Numbered from the stretch's first letter, positions 18,998 to 28,249 are shown. The stretch: DNA of 64,000 nt from Treponemataceae bacterium (GCA_963678065.2 CAXXVZ010000004.1:128001-192000), one strand, 5' to 3'. Made by a program: numbers and translations. The notes: generated by a model not told the origin, from the letters alone.

Positions 18998-20252
18998 CGT
19001 TGGTCTCTTTCATGATGGCTTTCATCGCGACATCGGTGGGCATCTGTCCCGTGATTCCCTGAATCCAGTACTTCTTCACGATATCCTGAACCTGGGCGAC
19101 TTCCTTGAAGCGGGGGCGCTCGGCGGCGTACTTCATGGAATCGGCGATGGCGGCGAGCCAGGGCTTGGTCTTGGCAAACTTGGGATTCGCGAGGGAGTCG
19201 GTGCGCGCGGGGACGGTGTTCATCTCGACGAGGCGATCGGCGATTTCCTTGGAAGCCCACCAGTAGACGAACTCGGCGGCCGCAGCCTGGTTCTTGGAAG
19301 CCGTGGGAATGTTCACAGCCCAGGTTCCGCGGACGGCGAAGCGTCCGGCCGGCCCTGCGGGGGGAGCGGAGTAGATGATCTTGCCGGAGACGAGGGACTT
19401 GTCCGGATCTTCATAGGAGGAGATCTGGGCCGGCCAGATGAACTGGCTGAATACGCCCTTGGGATCGACGGAGAAGGCGGCCTGGCGCTCGACGTGGGCC
19501 ATGGTCTCGGCGCCCTTCGGGGATATGGCCATCAGCTTCTTGTAGAAATCCATGCCCTCGATGCCTTTCTTCTCGTCCACAACGAGAGCCGGTTTGCCGT
19601 TCTTGAACTTGATGAACTCGGTGCCGAAGGACTTCCACATGAAGACGGCTTCGCCGAAGACGCCGGCCGGTCCGCCGTTGAAGGGGCCGAAACCGGAGGC
19701 GATGCCCCTGTCGTTGAAGAAGGTGCCCATGTCGAGCATCTCCTTGAAGGTATCGGGAACGCGGAGGTCGTAGCCGTACTTGGCCTTGAAGTCCTTCTTG
19801 TACTGAGGATTCTCGATGAGGTCCTTGCGGGTCATCCAGACATAGAGATTGCCGTTGATCGGGAGGCCGATGAGCTTGCCATCCCACTCTGCCACGTCGA
19901 GCATGGCGGGGGTGACGGTGTTCGGGTCGACCTTCTTGAAGATCTTGCCCGGCCCCCACTGCTCGTAGGGAAGCATGAGTCCGGCGAATAGGGGGATGTT
20001 GCCCTCGTCGATGCAGACGAGATCGTAGTCCGTGGAGGTCTTGCTGACCGCGACCGAGGTCTTGGTGAAGACCTGTGGCGGCTGGAGAATCTCGAAATTC
20101 ACCTTGATTCCCGTCGCTTTTTCGAACTCGGGGATCATGGTCATGAGAGCGCGGGGATAGGCGTCGTCCCAGAACAACACGTTGATCGACTGGGCGGAAA
20201 TGCCCGCGACCAGCATGAGGGCGACGATGGCCGTCAGCAATGCCTTCTTCAT
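18972..20252 (-). CDS. Carbohydrate ABC substrate-binding protein (candidate sulfoquinovose/SQ-glyceride binding)
   Basis: Signal peptide MKKALLTAIVALMLVAGISA, FEKATGIKV, GAGGAGG RBS. Substrate is inferred from context only. Confidence 0.8.
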   Translation of the reverse strand: MKKALLTAIVALMLVAGISAQSINVLFWDDAYPRALMTMIPEFEKATGIKVNFEILQPPQVFTKTSVAVSKTSTDYDLVCIDEGNIPLFAGLMLPYEQWGPGKIFKKVDPNTVTPAMLDVAEWDGKLIGLPINGNLYVWMTRKDLIENPQYKKDFKAKYGYDLRVPDTFKEMLDMGTFFNDRGIASGFGPFNGGPAGVFGEAVFMWKSFGTEFIKFKNGKPALVVDEKKGIEGMDFYKKLMAISPKGAETMAHVERQAAFSVDPKGVFSQFIWPAQISSYEDPDKSLVSGKIIYSAPPAGPAGRFAVRGTWAVNIPTASKNQAAAAEFVYWWASKEIADRLVEMNTVPARTDSLANPKFAKTKPWLAAIADSMKYAAERPRFKEVAQVQDIVKKYWIQGITGQMPTDVAMKAIMKETNDVLKKAGY

Positions 20253-20417
20253 TGGAGCCTCCTCAGAAGTATATATTTTCCTTCTGAAAGTAAAGCACGC
20301 CCCCGGCGCATTGTCAACAAAAATCATTTCAGGAAGCCGCGATTCCATGCTTGACCCTACATGAGTTGCAAATATATCATCTTTTCTGTCGGGCTTGCTT
20401 CCGGCCCAGGATTCCTG

Positions 20418-20479
20418 ATGCCGGGCTTCACCCCCGGCGAAAAACCCCAATGCCGGGCTTCACCCCGGCTAAAGCCCCA
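20418..20479 (+). repeat. Two ~31-nt tandem hairpin repeats in the tRNA leader
   Basis: ATGCCGGGCTTCACCCCCGGCGAAAAACCCCA / ATGCCGGGCTTCACCCCGGCTAAAGCCCCA, followed by ATGCCGGGG at the tRNA start. Confidence 0.85.
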
Positions 20480-20481
20480 AT

Positions 20482-20567
20482 GCCGGGGTGGTGGAATTGG
20501 TAGACACCAGGGACTTAAAATCCCTTGCTGCGCGAGCGGCGTGCCGGTTCAAGCCCGGTCCCCGGCA
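20482..20567 (+). tRNA. tRNA-Leu (anticodon UAA)
   Basis: Acceptor stem GCCGGGG/CCCCGGC, D-arm GGAATTGGTAGAC, anticodon arm AGGGA-CTTAAAA-TCCCT, long variable arm, T-arm GCCGG-TTCAAGC-CCGGT. No encoded CCA. Confidence 0.95.
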
Positions 20568-20622
20568 CTATCTCAAAAGAGAATAGACGAGCCAACAAAA
20601 AACTGGCGCTTGTCCCTAGATC

Positions 20623-20648
20623 CGACTATGAGAAGACGACTATGAGAA
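20623..20648 (+). repeat. 12-bp direct repeat, candidate integrase arm-binding sites
   Basis: CGACTATGAGAA at 20623-20634 and 20637-20648, between the tRNA 3' end and the integrase remnant. Confidence 0.6.
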
Positions 20649-20675
20649 AGCCGTCTCTCGGAAAGAAAAGGGGCT

Positions 20676-20955
20676 ATGCGCCGGTTCTACCTTCACAAGC
20701 GAGCGGGCATTTACTACGCCGAGCTCGTCGATCCCGAGACAGGAAACAAGCTCCCCGCCGTGCTCGCCAAGGCCGACATCATGGCCTTCCCGATCTACCT
20801 GGCGAATTCCAAGCCCGCCCTCGTGGCGAACACGCGTAAGCCTATCCTGCTCGCGGGTACGACACCGCCCAGGTAGGCCTACGACAATGGCCTGATCCGC
20901 GCCGATATCACCGCAGGACTCGTGACCTTCTCGGGGGCCAACAAGAAGCGCGGGT
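20676..20955 (+). pseudogene. Tyrosine integrase remnant (spirochaete type)
   Basis: MRRFYLHKRAGIYYAELVDPETG N-terminus. After the in-frame TAG (20874-20876) it continues AYDNGLIRADITAGLVTFSGANKKRG, the pre-catalytic linker of such integrases. The catalytic domain is absent. Confidence 0.7.
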
Positions 20956-21188
20956 CAGATTTTCGGATGAGGCAACGCCCCTTCCTATTAGTTTTCTGGT
21001 TGAGGCAACACGTAATACGTAAAACTTTTCTCTTCCCTTTCCAAGCTTATACCAGAGATAACCCTCCCCGAGGGCTTCATCTCCGATACGCTGACCGTCT
21101 CCCAGGATGGCCGCGTCACCGATGGCCGCGCCGGGCAGCTGTACAAGCAGCATGCGTAGGGTCTAGAGCACCCCGGCCTCCCGTCGGC

Positions 21189-21842
21189 TCACTCCCGCTC
21201 GTCAAGGTACGCGTAGAGGGTGTATTTCGAGATGCCGTAGAACTGCGCTACCTTATCGCCGGATTTCTTTATCAAGAAGGCACCTTTTTTGTCGAGGAAC
21301 TTCAAGCCGGATACCTTGTCTTCCTTCGACATCATGGCGACCGGTTTCCCCACGTATCGGATGGAATCCTGTATGAGGCTGTCGAGCAGGTCGTTGACGT
21401 CGTTGTTGAACAGTTCCTTTTCTTCCTTCCGTTCGGCGGAATCGAGCTGGGCGTTGATCCCGGCGACCGAAGCGATGGCCTTCTCGGCCATAATCAGGTC
21501 GGTTATATCGAGATTGATGCACAGCGCTCCGATTACGTTTCCCTTGGGGTCACGAATATAGATAGAGGTCGATCGCAGCATCCGGCCTCTGCTCGTCTGT
21601 GTCAGGTAATTGTACTTATCCCCTTCCGTATCCGTTCCCCGGAGGACCTCGAGGCCGAGGTTCGTCCCGCAATCCCCGACTCTCCGATTCGTGACATGGT
21701 TATTCTCGATCGCGACGATGCTATGTTCGTATGGCTTGTTCTTCAGGTCGTGGAGCACCACTTCGCAGGAGGGGCCGAACTGCGCGGCGAGTCCCCTCAC
21801 GAGGGACCGAAGGAATTTCTCTTCATCGTCAATCGATTTCAT
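21189..21842 (-). CDS. YheO-like PAS + HTH transcriptional regulator
   Basis: FGPSCEVVLHDL, IENNHVTNRRVG, LRSTS, LCINLD, LDKKGAFLIKKS..VA...GISKYTLY. Confidence 0.9.
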   Translation of the reverse strand: MKSIDDEEKFLRSLVRGLAAQFGPSCEVVLHDLKNKPYEHSIVAIENNHVTNRRVGDCGTNLGLEVLRGTDTEGDKYNYLTQTSRGRMLRSTSIYIRDPKGNVIGALCINLDITDLIMAEKAIASVAGINAQLDSAERKEEKELFNNDVNDLLDSLIQDSIRYVGKPVAMMSKEDKVSGLKFLDKKGAFLIKKSGDKVAQFYGISKYTLYAYLDERE

Positions 21843-21900
21843 AGCGGCGTTATAGTATCCTTTGGAGAAGCCGATGGCAACATGGACAGTCTTCAGCCAT

Positions 21901-23061
21901 TCACGACGGGAGCAGGTCATCTGTCCTCGCACGAGAGTCCGTGCAGACCTTGCCGAGCACGCAGAAACGCGGCAGGAAGAACTTGTTTATCTCCAGCGCT
22001 CGTCCCATGCTGTCTTTCACCGTCGCCGCGCCCTCGGCCACCTCGAAGACCGTAAAGTTGGCCCTGACCCCGGCGCGCATCCAATCCTCCGCGTAGCCGC
22101 CCAAGCCGATGGCGGCGGCGGGGCGGGCTGTCGTGGCCTCCACCGTCTCGCGCAAGCCGAGCCCGAGCGAATGCAGCTTCGACATGGTCGTCGCGAGATC
22201 CCAGACAGGGCCGTCCACATCGTGTCCGTGGAGATCCGTGCTGATGATGTGAGGGACGAGGCCCAGATCGAGCGACTTGCGCGCGATGTCGAAGGAGAAA
22301 GAAGCCGCTCCGTGCCCCACGTCGAACAGGACACCCCTGTCGTAAGCCCTCCGCGCGGACTCGAGTGCCTTGGGTTCCTCTATGATGTTTCCGCCGTTCT
22401 TGCCGTTGAAGCAATGAGTCACGATGTCGCCAGGATCCAAGGCTTCGAGGACCTCTTCCACGAGGGGAGGCGGTTCCCCGATGTGGACCATGAGGGGCAG
22501 CTTCAGGATGCGCGCGACTTTCTTTCCCAGGAGCAGGGGTGTGATGCCCCACGATCCGGTGATGACATGGCTGGCCCTCACCTTGATGCCCTTGATGATC
22601 TCGGGATAGGCCCGCGCGACCTCGATGGTACGGTCGACGTCGACGCTCGCGATGCCGGTCAACTCGGATACCCGATTGCAGGCAACCAATCCGATCGATC
22701 CGATATTCAGGAAGGCGAATACGTCCTCCGGGCTCCGATCTGCGATGTACTCCTTGAAACCGAGGAAATTAGCCTCCCCCGACGAGCCGGCGTCCACCAG
22801 CGCGGTGACCCCGGTGGGAAGTCCCGCCCTGCGGGGGCTGATCGAGATATCGGTCGCGCCGTAGTATATATGCGTGTGTAGATCGAGCCACCCGGGAGAG
22901 ACGAAGGCGCCCTTCGCGTCGCGGACAGTCGCGGCCTCCGGGGCCTGAATTTCCGGCCCGGTTTCCTCGACCAATCCTGCCGGGCCCACCAGGATATTGA
23001 CTAACCTCCCCTTGGCCGGGCCTGTGACGGGGACGACGTTCTTAATCAACAGCGAAGACAT
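21901..23061 (-). CDS. Amidohydrolase/deacetylase (dihydroorotase-like, EF_0837 type)
   Basis: PGWLDLHTH, DAGSSG, GIKVR, MVHIG, THCFNGK, DVGHG, ISTD. Confidence 0.85.
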   Translation of the reverse strand: MSSLLIKNVVPVTGPAKGRLVNILVGPAGLVEETGPEIQAPEAATVRDAKGAFVSPGWLDLHTHIYYGATDISISPRRAGLPTGVTALVDAGSSGEANFLGFKEYIADRSPEDVFAFLNIGSIGLVACNRVSELTGIASVDVDRTIEVARAYPEIIKGIKVRASHVITGSWGITPLLLGKKVARILKLPLMVHIGEPPPLVEEVLEALDPGDIVTHCFNGKNGGNIIEEPKALESARRAYDRGVLFDVGHGAASFSFDIARKSLDLGLVPHIISTDLHGHDVDGPVWDLATTMSKLHSLGLGLRETVEATTARPAAAIGLGGYAEDWMRAGVRANFTVFEVAEGAATVKDSMGRALEINKFFLPRFCVLGKVCTDSRARTDDLLPS

Positions 23062-23076
23062 GGTGACTCCTTCGAT

Positions 23077-23961
23077 TCATTCCTTGACTCCCCCCGACGT
23101 GAGACCCTGAACGATGAAGCGCTGCAGGCCGAGGGCAAGCAGGACCGGCGGAACGATGGACAGAACTCCGGCGGTGATGATGCGAGTGTACTTTACGTCG
23201 ACGTCGGTCACGAACATGGAGGCGACTACGGTGTTGGTGTACGAGGCCTCTGAGCTGCTCAGTATGAGGGCGTAGAAGAATTCCCCCCAGGTGATCATGA
23301 AAGTAACGATCGCGGCCGAGGCCAGCCCCGGCGCCGCGAGGGGAAGGATGATACGGTTCACTACCTGGAATCTGTTGCACCCGTCGATGCGCGCGGCGTC
23401 CTCGAGGTCCATCGGTATCGACAGGAAGTACGATCGCATGAGCCAAACGGCGTAGGGCAGCGTGAAGAAGAGGTCGGCTACGATGATCGCCCCAAGGCTA
23501 TTCAACATGCCCACGGCCTGGACCATGAGATAGAACGGCACAGCGATCGCCAATGAAGGGATCAACCGCGCCCCGAGGAAGGAAAAAAGAAGGACGGAGC
23601 GACCGCGAAACTTGAGTCGCGCGAGAGAATATGCGGCGTAGGAACCGATGGCCACCGAGAGGAAGGCGACGGAAAAGGCGACGATGGTGCTGTTGAGCAG
23701 CGAGCGCAGAAATATGCGCGACTGGTAGGGAACCCCATGTTGCCGCTCCTTCAAGAGGGCCCCACTGAAGATTTCGGCATATGCGGAGAAATCTGCCTCA
23801 CGCATATCGAGTGTCGGGCGGACGCTCAATAGATTGCGCTCCGGCTGGAAGCTGGCCCAGACCAGCCACAAGATCGGCCCGAGTATGACCAGGAGCAGGA
23901 GGGCAGTCGCGATGCCGATTCCGCAGGACCCGAACAGTTTTCGTACGGTTCTCACCCTCAT
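23077..23961 (-). CDS. Carbohydrate ABC permease
   Basis: EDAARIDG, WGEF, GLTSGGVK. Confidence 0.9.
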   Translation of the reverse strand: MRVRTVRKLFGSCGIGIATALLLLVILGPILWLVWASFQPERNLLSVRPTLDMREADFSAYAEIFSGALLKERQHGVPYQSRIFLRSLLNSTIVAFSVAFLSVAIGSYAAYSLARLKFRGRSVLLFSFLGARLIPSLAIAVPFYLMVQAVGMLNSLGAIIVADLFFTLPYAVWLMRSYFLSIPMDLEDAARIDGCNRFQVVNRIILPLAAPGLASAAIVTFMITWGEFFYALILSSSEASYTNTVVASMFVTDVDVKYTRIITAGVLSIVPPVLLALGLQRFIVQGLTSGGVKE

Positions 23962-23962
23962 G

Positions 23963-24871
23963 CTAGACCTCTTGTCCCTTTCCCATGGCCTTGAAGAAAA
24001 AAAACGACAGGCCCAGGGTCAGGAGCGCCATGATGATCGCCAAGGCGCTGCCCTGGCCGAAATCGAGCTGCTGGAACGTCGTTGAGTAGATCTTCCACCC
24101 GAGCACAGTCGTCGAGTCGCCGGGACCTCCGCCTGTCAAGACGTAGATGATGTCGAAAGTCTTGAGGGCCGATACTGTCTCGAATATGAGCAAGACGACG
24201 AGCACGGGCCGTACTCCGGGGACGGTCACCGAGAAGAGGCGTCGGAGCATGCCGGCTCCATCGACCTCTGCGGCCTCGTACAGGCTTTTTGGTATAGTCT
24301 GCAGCCCCGCGAGGACAAGGAGAGAAGCCAGGGGAATCTGCGCCCACACGTAGGCGACGATTACCCACACGAAGGCCGAAGGCATCCTCGTGAGCCACGC
24401 TTGATAGGAATCGATGAGCCCGAGCCTTAGAGCAATACCATTGAGCACTCCATACTTCGGGTCGAGCATCCACTTCCATATTAGCCCATTCACGACCGGA
24501 GGGACTGCCCAGGGGATCAGTATCACCGCTCGCAAGACTCCTCTCAGGGCGAATCGGTGGTTCAGCAAAAGCGCAACGAAAAAACCGATGAAGATCACCA
24601 AGAGGACCGAGACACAGGCAAAAACGCCCGTCGTCCTGAGCGAGTTCCAGAATTCGGACGATCCCAATATCTTGAGATAATTCCCCAGACCTACAAAAGG
24701 ATGCGTCGGGATCGTCAACGTATACCGATGGAAACTCATCGCGATCGCGTACCCGAAGGGGAACACAATCGTGACCACCATGATCAGCAGGGAGGGAGCC
24801 GAAAAGAGGAATGCCGCCCTGCCGCTCCCCCTCTCGGGCAGACCGGCAGGGCGTCGGGCCTGATCGTTCAT
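23963..24871 (-). CDS. Carbohydrate ABC permease
   Basis: FVGLGNY, YEAAEVDGA, TGGGPG. Confidence 0.9.
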   Translation of the reverse strand: MNDQARRPAGLPERGSGRAAFLFSAPSLLIMVVTIVFPFGYAIAMSFHRYTLTIPTHPFVGLGNYLKILGSSEFWNSLRTTGVFACVSVLLVIFIGFFVALLLNHRFALRGVLRAVILIPWAVPPVVNGLIWKWMLDPKYGVLNGIALRLGLIDSYQAWLTRMPSAFVWVIVAYVWAQIPLASLLVLAGLQTIPKSLYEAAEVDGAGMLRRLFSVTVPGVRPVLVVLLIFETVSALKTFDIIYVLTGGGPGDSTTVLGWKIYSTTFQQLDFGQGSALAIIMALLTLGLSFFFFKAMGKGQEV

Positions 24872-26160
24872 TTCTTATACTGGTCCTTGAGGCTCTTCCA
24901 GCTCTTCGCGAGCGTGCCCAGAGAGGCCTGCATATCCTTCTTCGAGTCCGAGATTATGGAATGCAACGCGCCCTGCGCCTCAGTATTCCAGGTCTGGAAC
25001 CAGGGCGTGAAGCGGTACGGCCTGTCGACGGCATACTTTGCCTGCTCCTGTTTGACGTCCAGGTTTATCCAGCTTCCGAATGATTTGACGATATCAGGGT
25101 CTTTGTAGATCGAGTTATACACGAAACCGAGGCCGAAGTCGGTCGCCCACCTGACGGGCACGAAGTACCTGCCGGACGCGTCCTTCCCCCCGAGGAATTG
25201 GAGCAGCTTCCAGGCAGCGTCCTTGTTGGGAGACGTCGCCGAGATGGCGTAGAACCGGACAGAATTTATCGTGCCGCTCTTGACCGCCGCATTCCCGGGG
25301 ATGAGGCAATTGGTTATGCTTCCGGCTTGCGCGGATTTCTCGGGGTCGTTCATTGTCTTGATATTGTAATCTGTCCCGATAGAGAAGGTAGAGGTGCCCG
25401 CGCTCATGCTCGCCACGACGTTGTGGTCGTCGAAGCTCAACGATGCCGGATCGATCAGGCCCTCTTCCAGGCCCGCACGGAGCCAACGAACGGCAGTCTG
25501 GAAGGCGCACTTCGGATCGGTGAACTGCGGCTCGTTCGCGTCGTCGATAACCTTGCCGCCCATGGCGATGGTGAGGAGCTCGAGGGTCTCTATGACGTAC
25601 TGACCCTTTTTCAGCATAAAGACAATCGGGTATTCGACGATCTTCTTGTTCTTGATCTTCCTGGCAGCGTCCAACAGCTCATCCCAGGTAACCGGCGGCC
25701 TGGCGATCCCGGCCGCCTTCAAGTGGCTATTGTTGTAGGACATCGCTTGGATGCCCATGTAATAGGGCAGCCCATACAGATGGCCCTTATAGGACATCTG
25801 CGCGACGATGGAGGCGGGAAGATCGGCAACGTAGTCCTTGATCCCCGGCATCGCGTCGATCGGGACGATCCACTTGGCCTCCGCCCACTGGGCGAACGAT
25901 TCGCTGCGCACGTACGCCACGTCGATCCTTGTCTTGCCGACAAAGGAAATCGCCATCTTGTCCGCATAGCTGTCGCTTGGCAGGGGATTGAAGGTAGCCG
26001 TCAAGCCAGGATTCTGCGAGGCGAAACGCTGCAAGTTGGCCGCGACGGTATCGACCTCGTAGGGCCAACCGACGAGATTGAGGTTCGTCTGGGCCATCAC
26101 GCTGGGCGCTAGTCCCAGAAGAAACAACAGAGGCAGGAGACACCGGAAAGATTTCATCAT
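24868..26160 (-). CDS. Carbohydrate ABC substrate-binding protein
   Basis: Signal peptide, LYGLPY, PPVTWDEL, AAWKLLQFL; GGAGG RBS. Confidence 0.85.
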   Translation of the reverse strand: MMKSFRCLLPLLFLLGLAPSVMAQTNLNLVGWPYEVDTVAANLQRFASQNPGLTATFNPLPSDSYADKMAISFVGKTRIDVAYVRSESFAQWAEAKWIVPIDAMPGIKDYVADLPASIVAQMSYKGHLYGLPYYMGIQAMSYNNSHLKAAGIARPPVTWDELLDAARKIKNKKIVEYPIVFMLKKGQYVIETLELLTIAMGGKVIDDANEPQFTDPKCAFQTAVRWLRAGLEEGLIDPASLSFDDHNVVASMSAGTSTFSIGTDYNIKTMNDPEKSAQAGSITNCLIPGNAAVKSGTINSVRFYAISATSPNKDAAWKLLQFLGGKDASGRYFVPVRWATDFGLGFVYNSIYKDPDIVKSFGSWINLDVKQEQAKYAVDRPYRFTPWFQTWNTEAQGALHSIISDSKKDMQASLGTLAKSWKSLKDQYKK

Positions 26161-26214
26161 TCATCCTCCCTTTTCGCCGGCGCTTCGACGCCGACGCTTA
26201 TAGTACTTGGGAGC

Positions 26215-26298
26215 AGTCTACAGTCCGTTTATTAGGCTGTCAATCTTTTTTTTGATAACAAAAATTTTGTTGTGCTTCTTTCTTCTCTATGATACCAT
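26215..26298. promoter_or_regulatory. Divergent sigma70 promoters with a central palindromic operator
   Basis: Minus strand TTGACA(26243-26238)-17-TAGACT. Plus strand TTGTGC(26270)-17-TACCAT with extended TG. Palindrome AACAAAA-A-TTTTGTT at 26257-26271. Confidence 0.65.
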
Positions 26299-26372
26299 AC
26301 TCCCAGTGGATGACCGACCATCGGAGCAGGGCATGGCCCCTCGCGCGAGTCACATCCCCGAATGGAGCATCT

Positions 26373-26831
26373 ATGAGCGACGTATACGAACGTATCACGG
26401 CCCAGGGCCTGACCCTCCCCCCCTGCCCGCCTTTGGCTGGCTTATATGTTCCCGTCAAACAAGTAGGGAACCTGTTATACATCTCTGGTCAAGGCTGCAC
26501 CAAGGACGGACTCCCGGTCTACAGCGGCAAGGTCGGGGCGGAGCAGGATATCGCGGGAGGACAGGCCGCGGCGCGTCTGTGCGTTGTAAACGCGCTCAGT
26601 GTCCTGCACCAGTACCTCGGCGATCTGAACAAGATAAAGAACATCGTCAAGCTCCTCGGCTTCGTTTCGAGCGCCTCGGGTTTCGGTTCGCAGCCCCAGG
26701 TCATGAACGGCGCCTCGCAGCTCCTCATCGACATTTTCGGAGAGCGCGGTAAGCACGCGCGGTCCGCAATTGGATCGAACGAACTGCCCTCGAACATCAC
26801 GCTCGAGATCGAAATGATCGTGGAGATCTAG
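26373..26831 (+). CDS. RidA/YjgF family protein
   Basis: YVP, LLYISGQ, VKLLGFV, NGAS, GKHARSAIG, LP...LEIE. Confidence 0.9.
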   Translation: MSDVYERITAQGLTLPPCPPLAGLYVPVKQVGNLLYISGQGCTKDGLPVYSGKVGAEQDIAGGQAAARLCVVNALSVLHQYLGDLNKIKNIVKLLGFVSSASGFGSQPQVMNGASQLLIDIFGERGKHARSAIGSNELPSNITLEIEMIVEI

Positions 26832-26886
26832 TGTCCGCGAGGCGACCCCGCAGATGCGAGACTACGCCCACCCCTAAGGCCATCGA

Positions 26887-27987
26887 TCAGGCCGTGGCCT
26901 CGATCGCGCGGATCACGGCCTGCACCTCGTCCTCTTCCAGGCATTGGGGATTGATCGCGATTTCGTCGCCCGACAGGCCGGTGCAGATTGAGGGATCGCC
27001 GTCGATCAGTCTCTGCTGGAGGGTGACCGCACTCATGCGCGTGGGCCGCACATAGGCTCGCAGGAGGTCGGCAGGCTGGACCCCCGGCTCTGCGGGCTTG
27101 CCCTCCCTCGCCTCGACCCCTGGGCAATCGCGGAGGCTGGAGACGATTCGATGCACCATTTCCTCCCACAGGTAGACCTGCTTGCCATAGTCCTTGGCGG
27201 CGAAAAGCTCCACCGCCTTCACGATGCCTGCGATAGACTCCTTGTCGATCTTCATCGGGCGCCCGATGCTATGGTTCGGGCAGCAATTCGCGTCACAGGC
27301 CGCGATCAGGTCCTTTCGCCCGAGGATGAGCCCCGACGATTGAGGGCCGCGCAACTCCTTTCCGCCGCTGAAGATGGCCAAGTCAGCGCCTTTCCTCAGA
27401 TATTTGTGGATATTCTCTTTCGGGGGAATCTCGGCGGCCGCGTCCACGACTGTCGGTATGCCACGCCGCTTCAACATCGGCGTAAGGACCGCGAGATCGA
27501 GGGATCCGCGCATCGCCTCTGCCTCGGCCGCGTAAAAGAACAGAGCCGTCCGCTCGGAGATCGCAGCCTCGACCTGCTCGGGGCAGGCGAAGGAGGTGGC
27601 ACCTACCTCCACGATCTTGGCGCCCGATAGGAGGAGAGCCTGGTCATATAAAGTCCTGTGACACTTCAACACGATCGCCTCGTCGGGCATGCCTCGAGTG
27701 TCAGGCAGCTGGAGCCGCTTGACGATATCGCCGCGGGACATGCACGCCGCGGCGGAAATGGCGATACCGGCCGCGGCCCCGCTGGTCACGCAGCAGGCCT
27801 CCACGCCGAGCAGACTCGCGATCCGCACGCCGGCGGCCGCGTGGAGAGCGGCGATATCCACATAGTTGCGGGCGGCCTCATTCATGGCCTGCAGGACTGC
27901 AGGCGCCATCGTGGATCCTCCGATCTTCGTGATGGTCCCCCAGCCGTTGATGACCGACCTGACCCCTAGCTCAGAGTATATTCCCAT
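26887..27987 (-). CDS. SelA-like / DgaE-like PLP-dependent lyase
   Basis: INGWGTITKIGGS, TSGAAAG, VDAAAE, FSGGKELRGPQSSG (PLP Lys), GRPMKIDKE. Confidence 0.8.
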   Translation of the reverse strand: MGIYSELGVRSVINGWGTITKIGGSTMAPAVLQAMNEAARNYVDIAALHAAAGVRIASLLGVEACCVTSGAAAGIAISAAACMSRGDIVKRLQLPDTRGMPDEAIVLKCHRTLYDQALLLSGAKIVEVGATSFACPEQVEAAISERTALFFYAAEAEAMRGSLDLAVLTPMLKRRGIPTVVDAAAEIPPKENIHKYLRKGADLAIFSGGKELRGPQSSGLILGRKDLIAACDANCCPNHSIGRPMKIDKESIAGIVKAVELFAAKDYGKQVYLWEEMVHRIVSSLRDCPGVEAREGKPAEPGVQPADLLRAYVRPTRMSAVTLQQRLIDGDPSICTGLSGDEIAINPQCLEEDEVQAVIRAIEATA

Positions 27988-28066
27988 TTCAGCCTCCAGG
28001 AGGCACAGCCTCCAAGTGATCTAAATTATTTTTTGTACTGAACAATTTTTTTCTTATATCATAAAC

Positions 28067-28249
28067 ATGACATCGCGTCAAATGATAAACGCAGATTCCG
28101 CTAGTCAGCTCGCAGGGTACGTCAGCGCTTCACAGTTCAGCAGGGAATACGGCCGGTTCTTTGGAAGTACACCGATCAAGGACACAGCTAAACTGCGTGA
28201 GCGACCTGGCGTGGTTCGTGCCGAATACCATATCGGGAGTATGCCGTAG
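28067..28249 (+). pseudogene. C-terminal HTH fragment of an AraC (YqhC-like) regulator
   Basis: GYVSASQFSREYGRFFGSTP is the second AraC HTH signature. The rest of the protein is missing. Confidence 0.7.

Noticed and set aside
20960..21185. Short ORFs between the integrase remnant and the YheO gene
   Set aside because: No recognisable motif or RBS; probably decayed sequence.
26887..27987. Selenocysteine synthase (selA)
   Set aside because: At 366 aa it is short for SelA, no selB/selC/selD lies nearby, and the context is catabolic.
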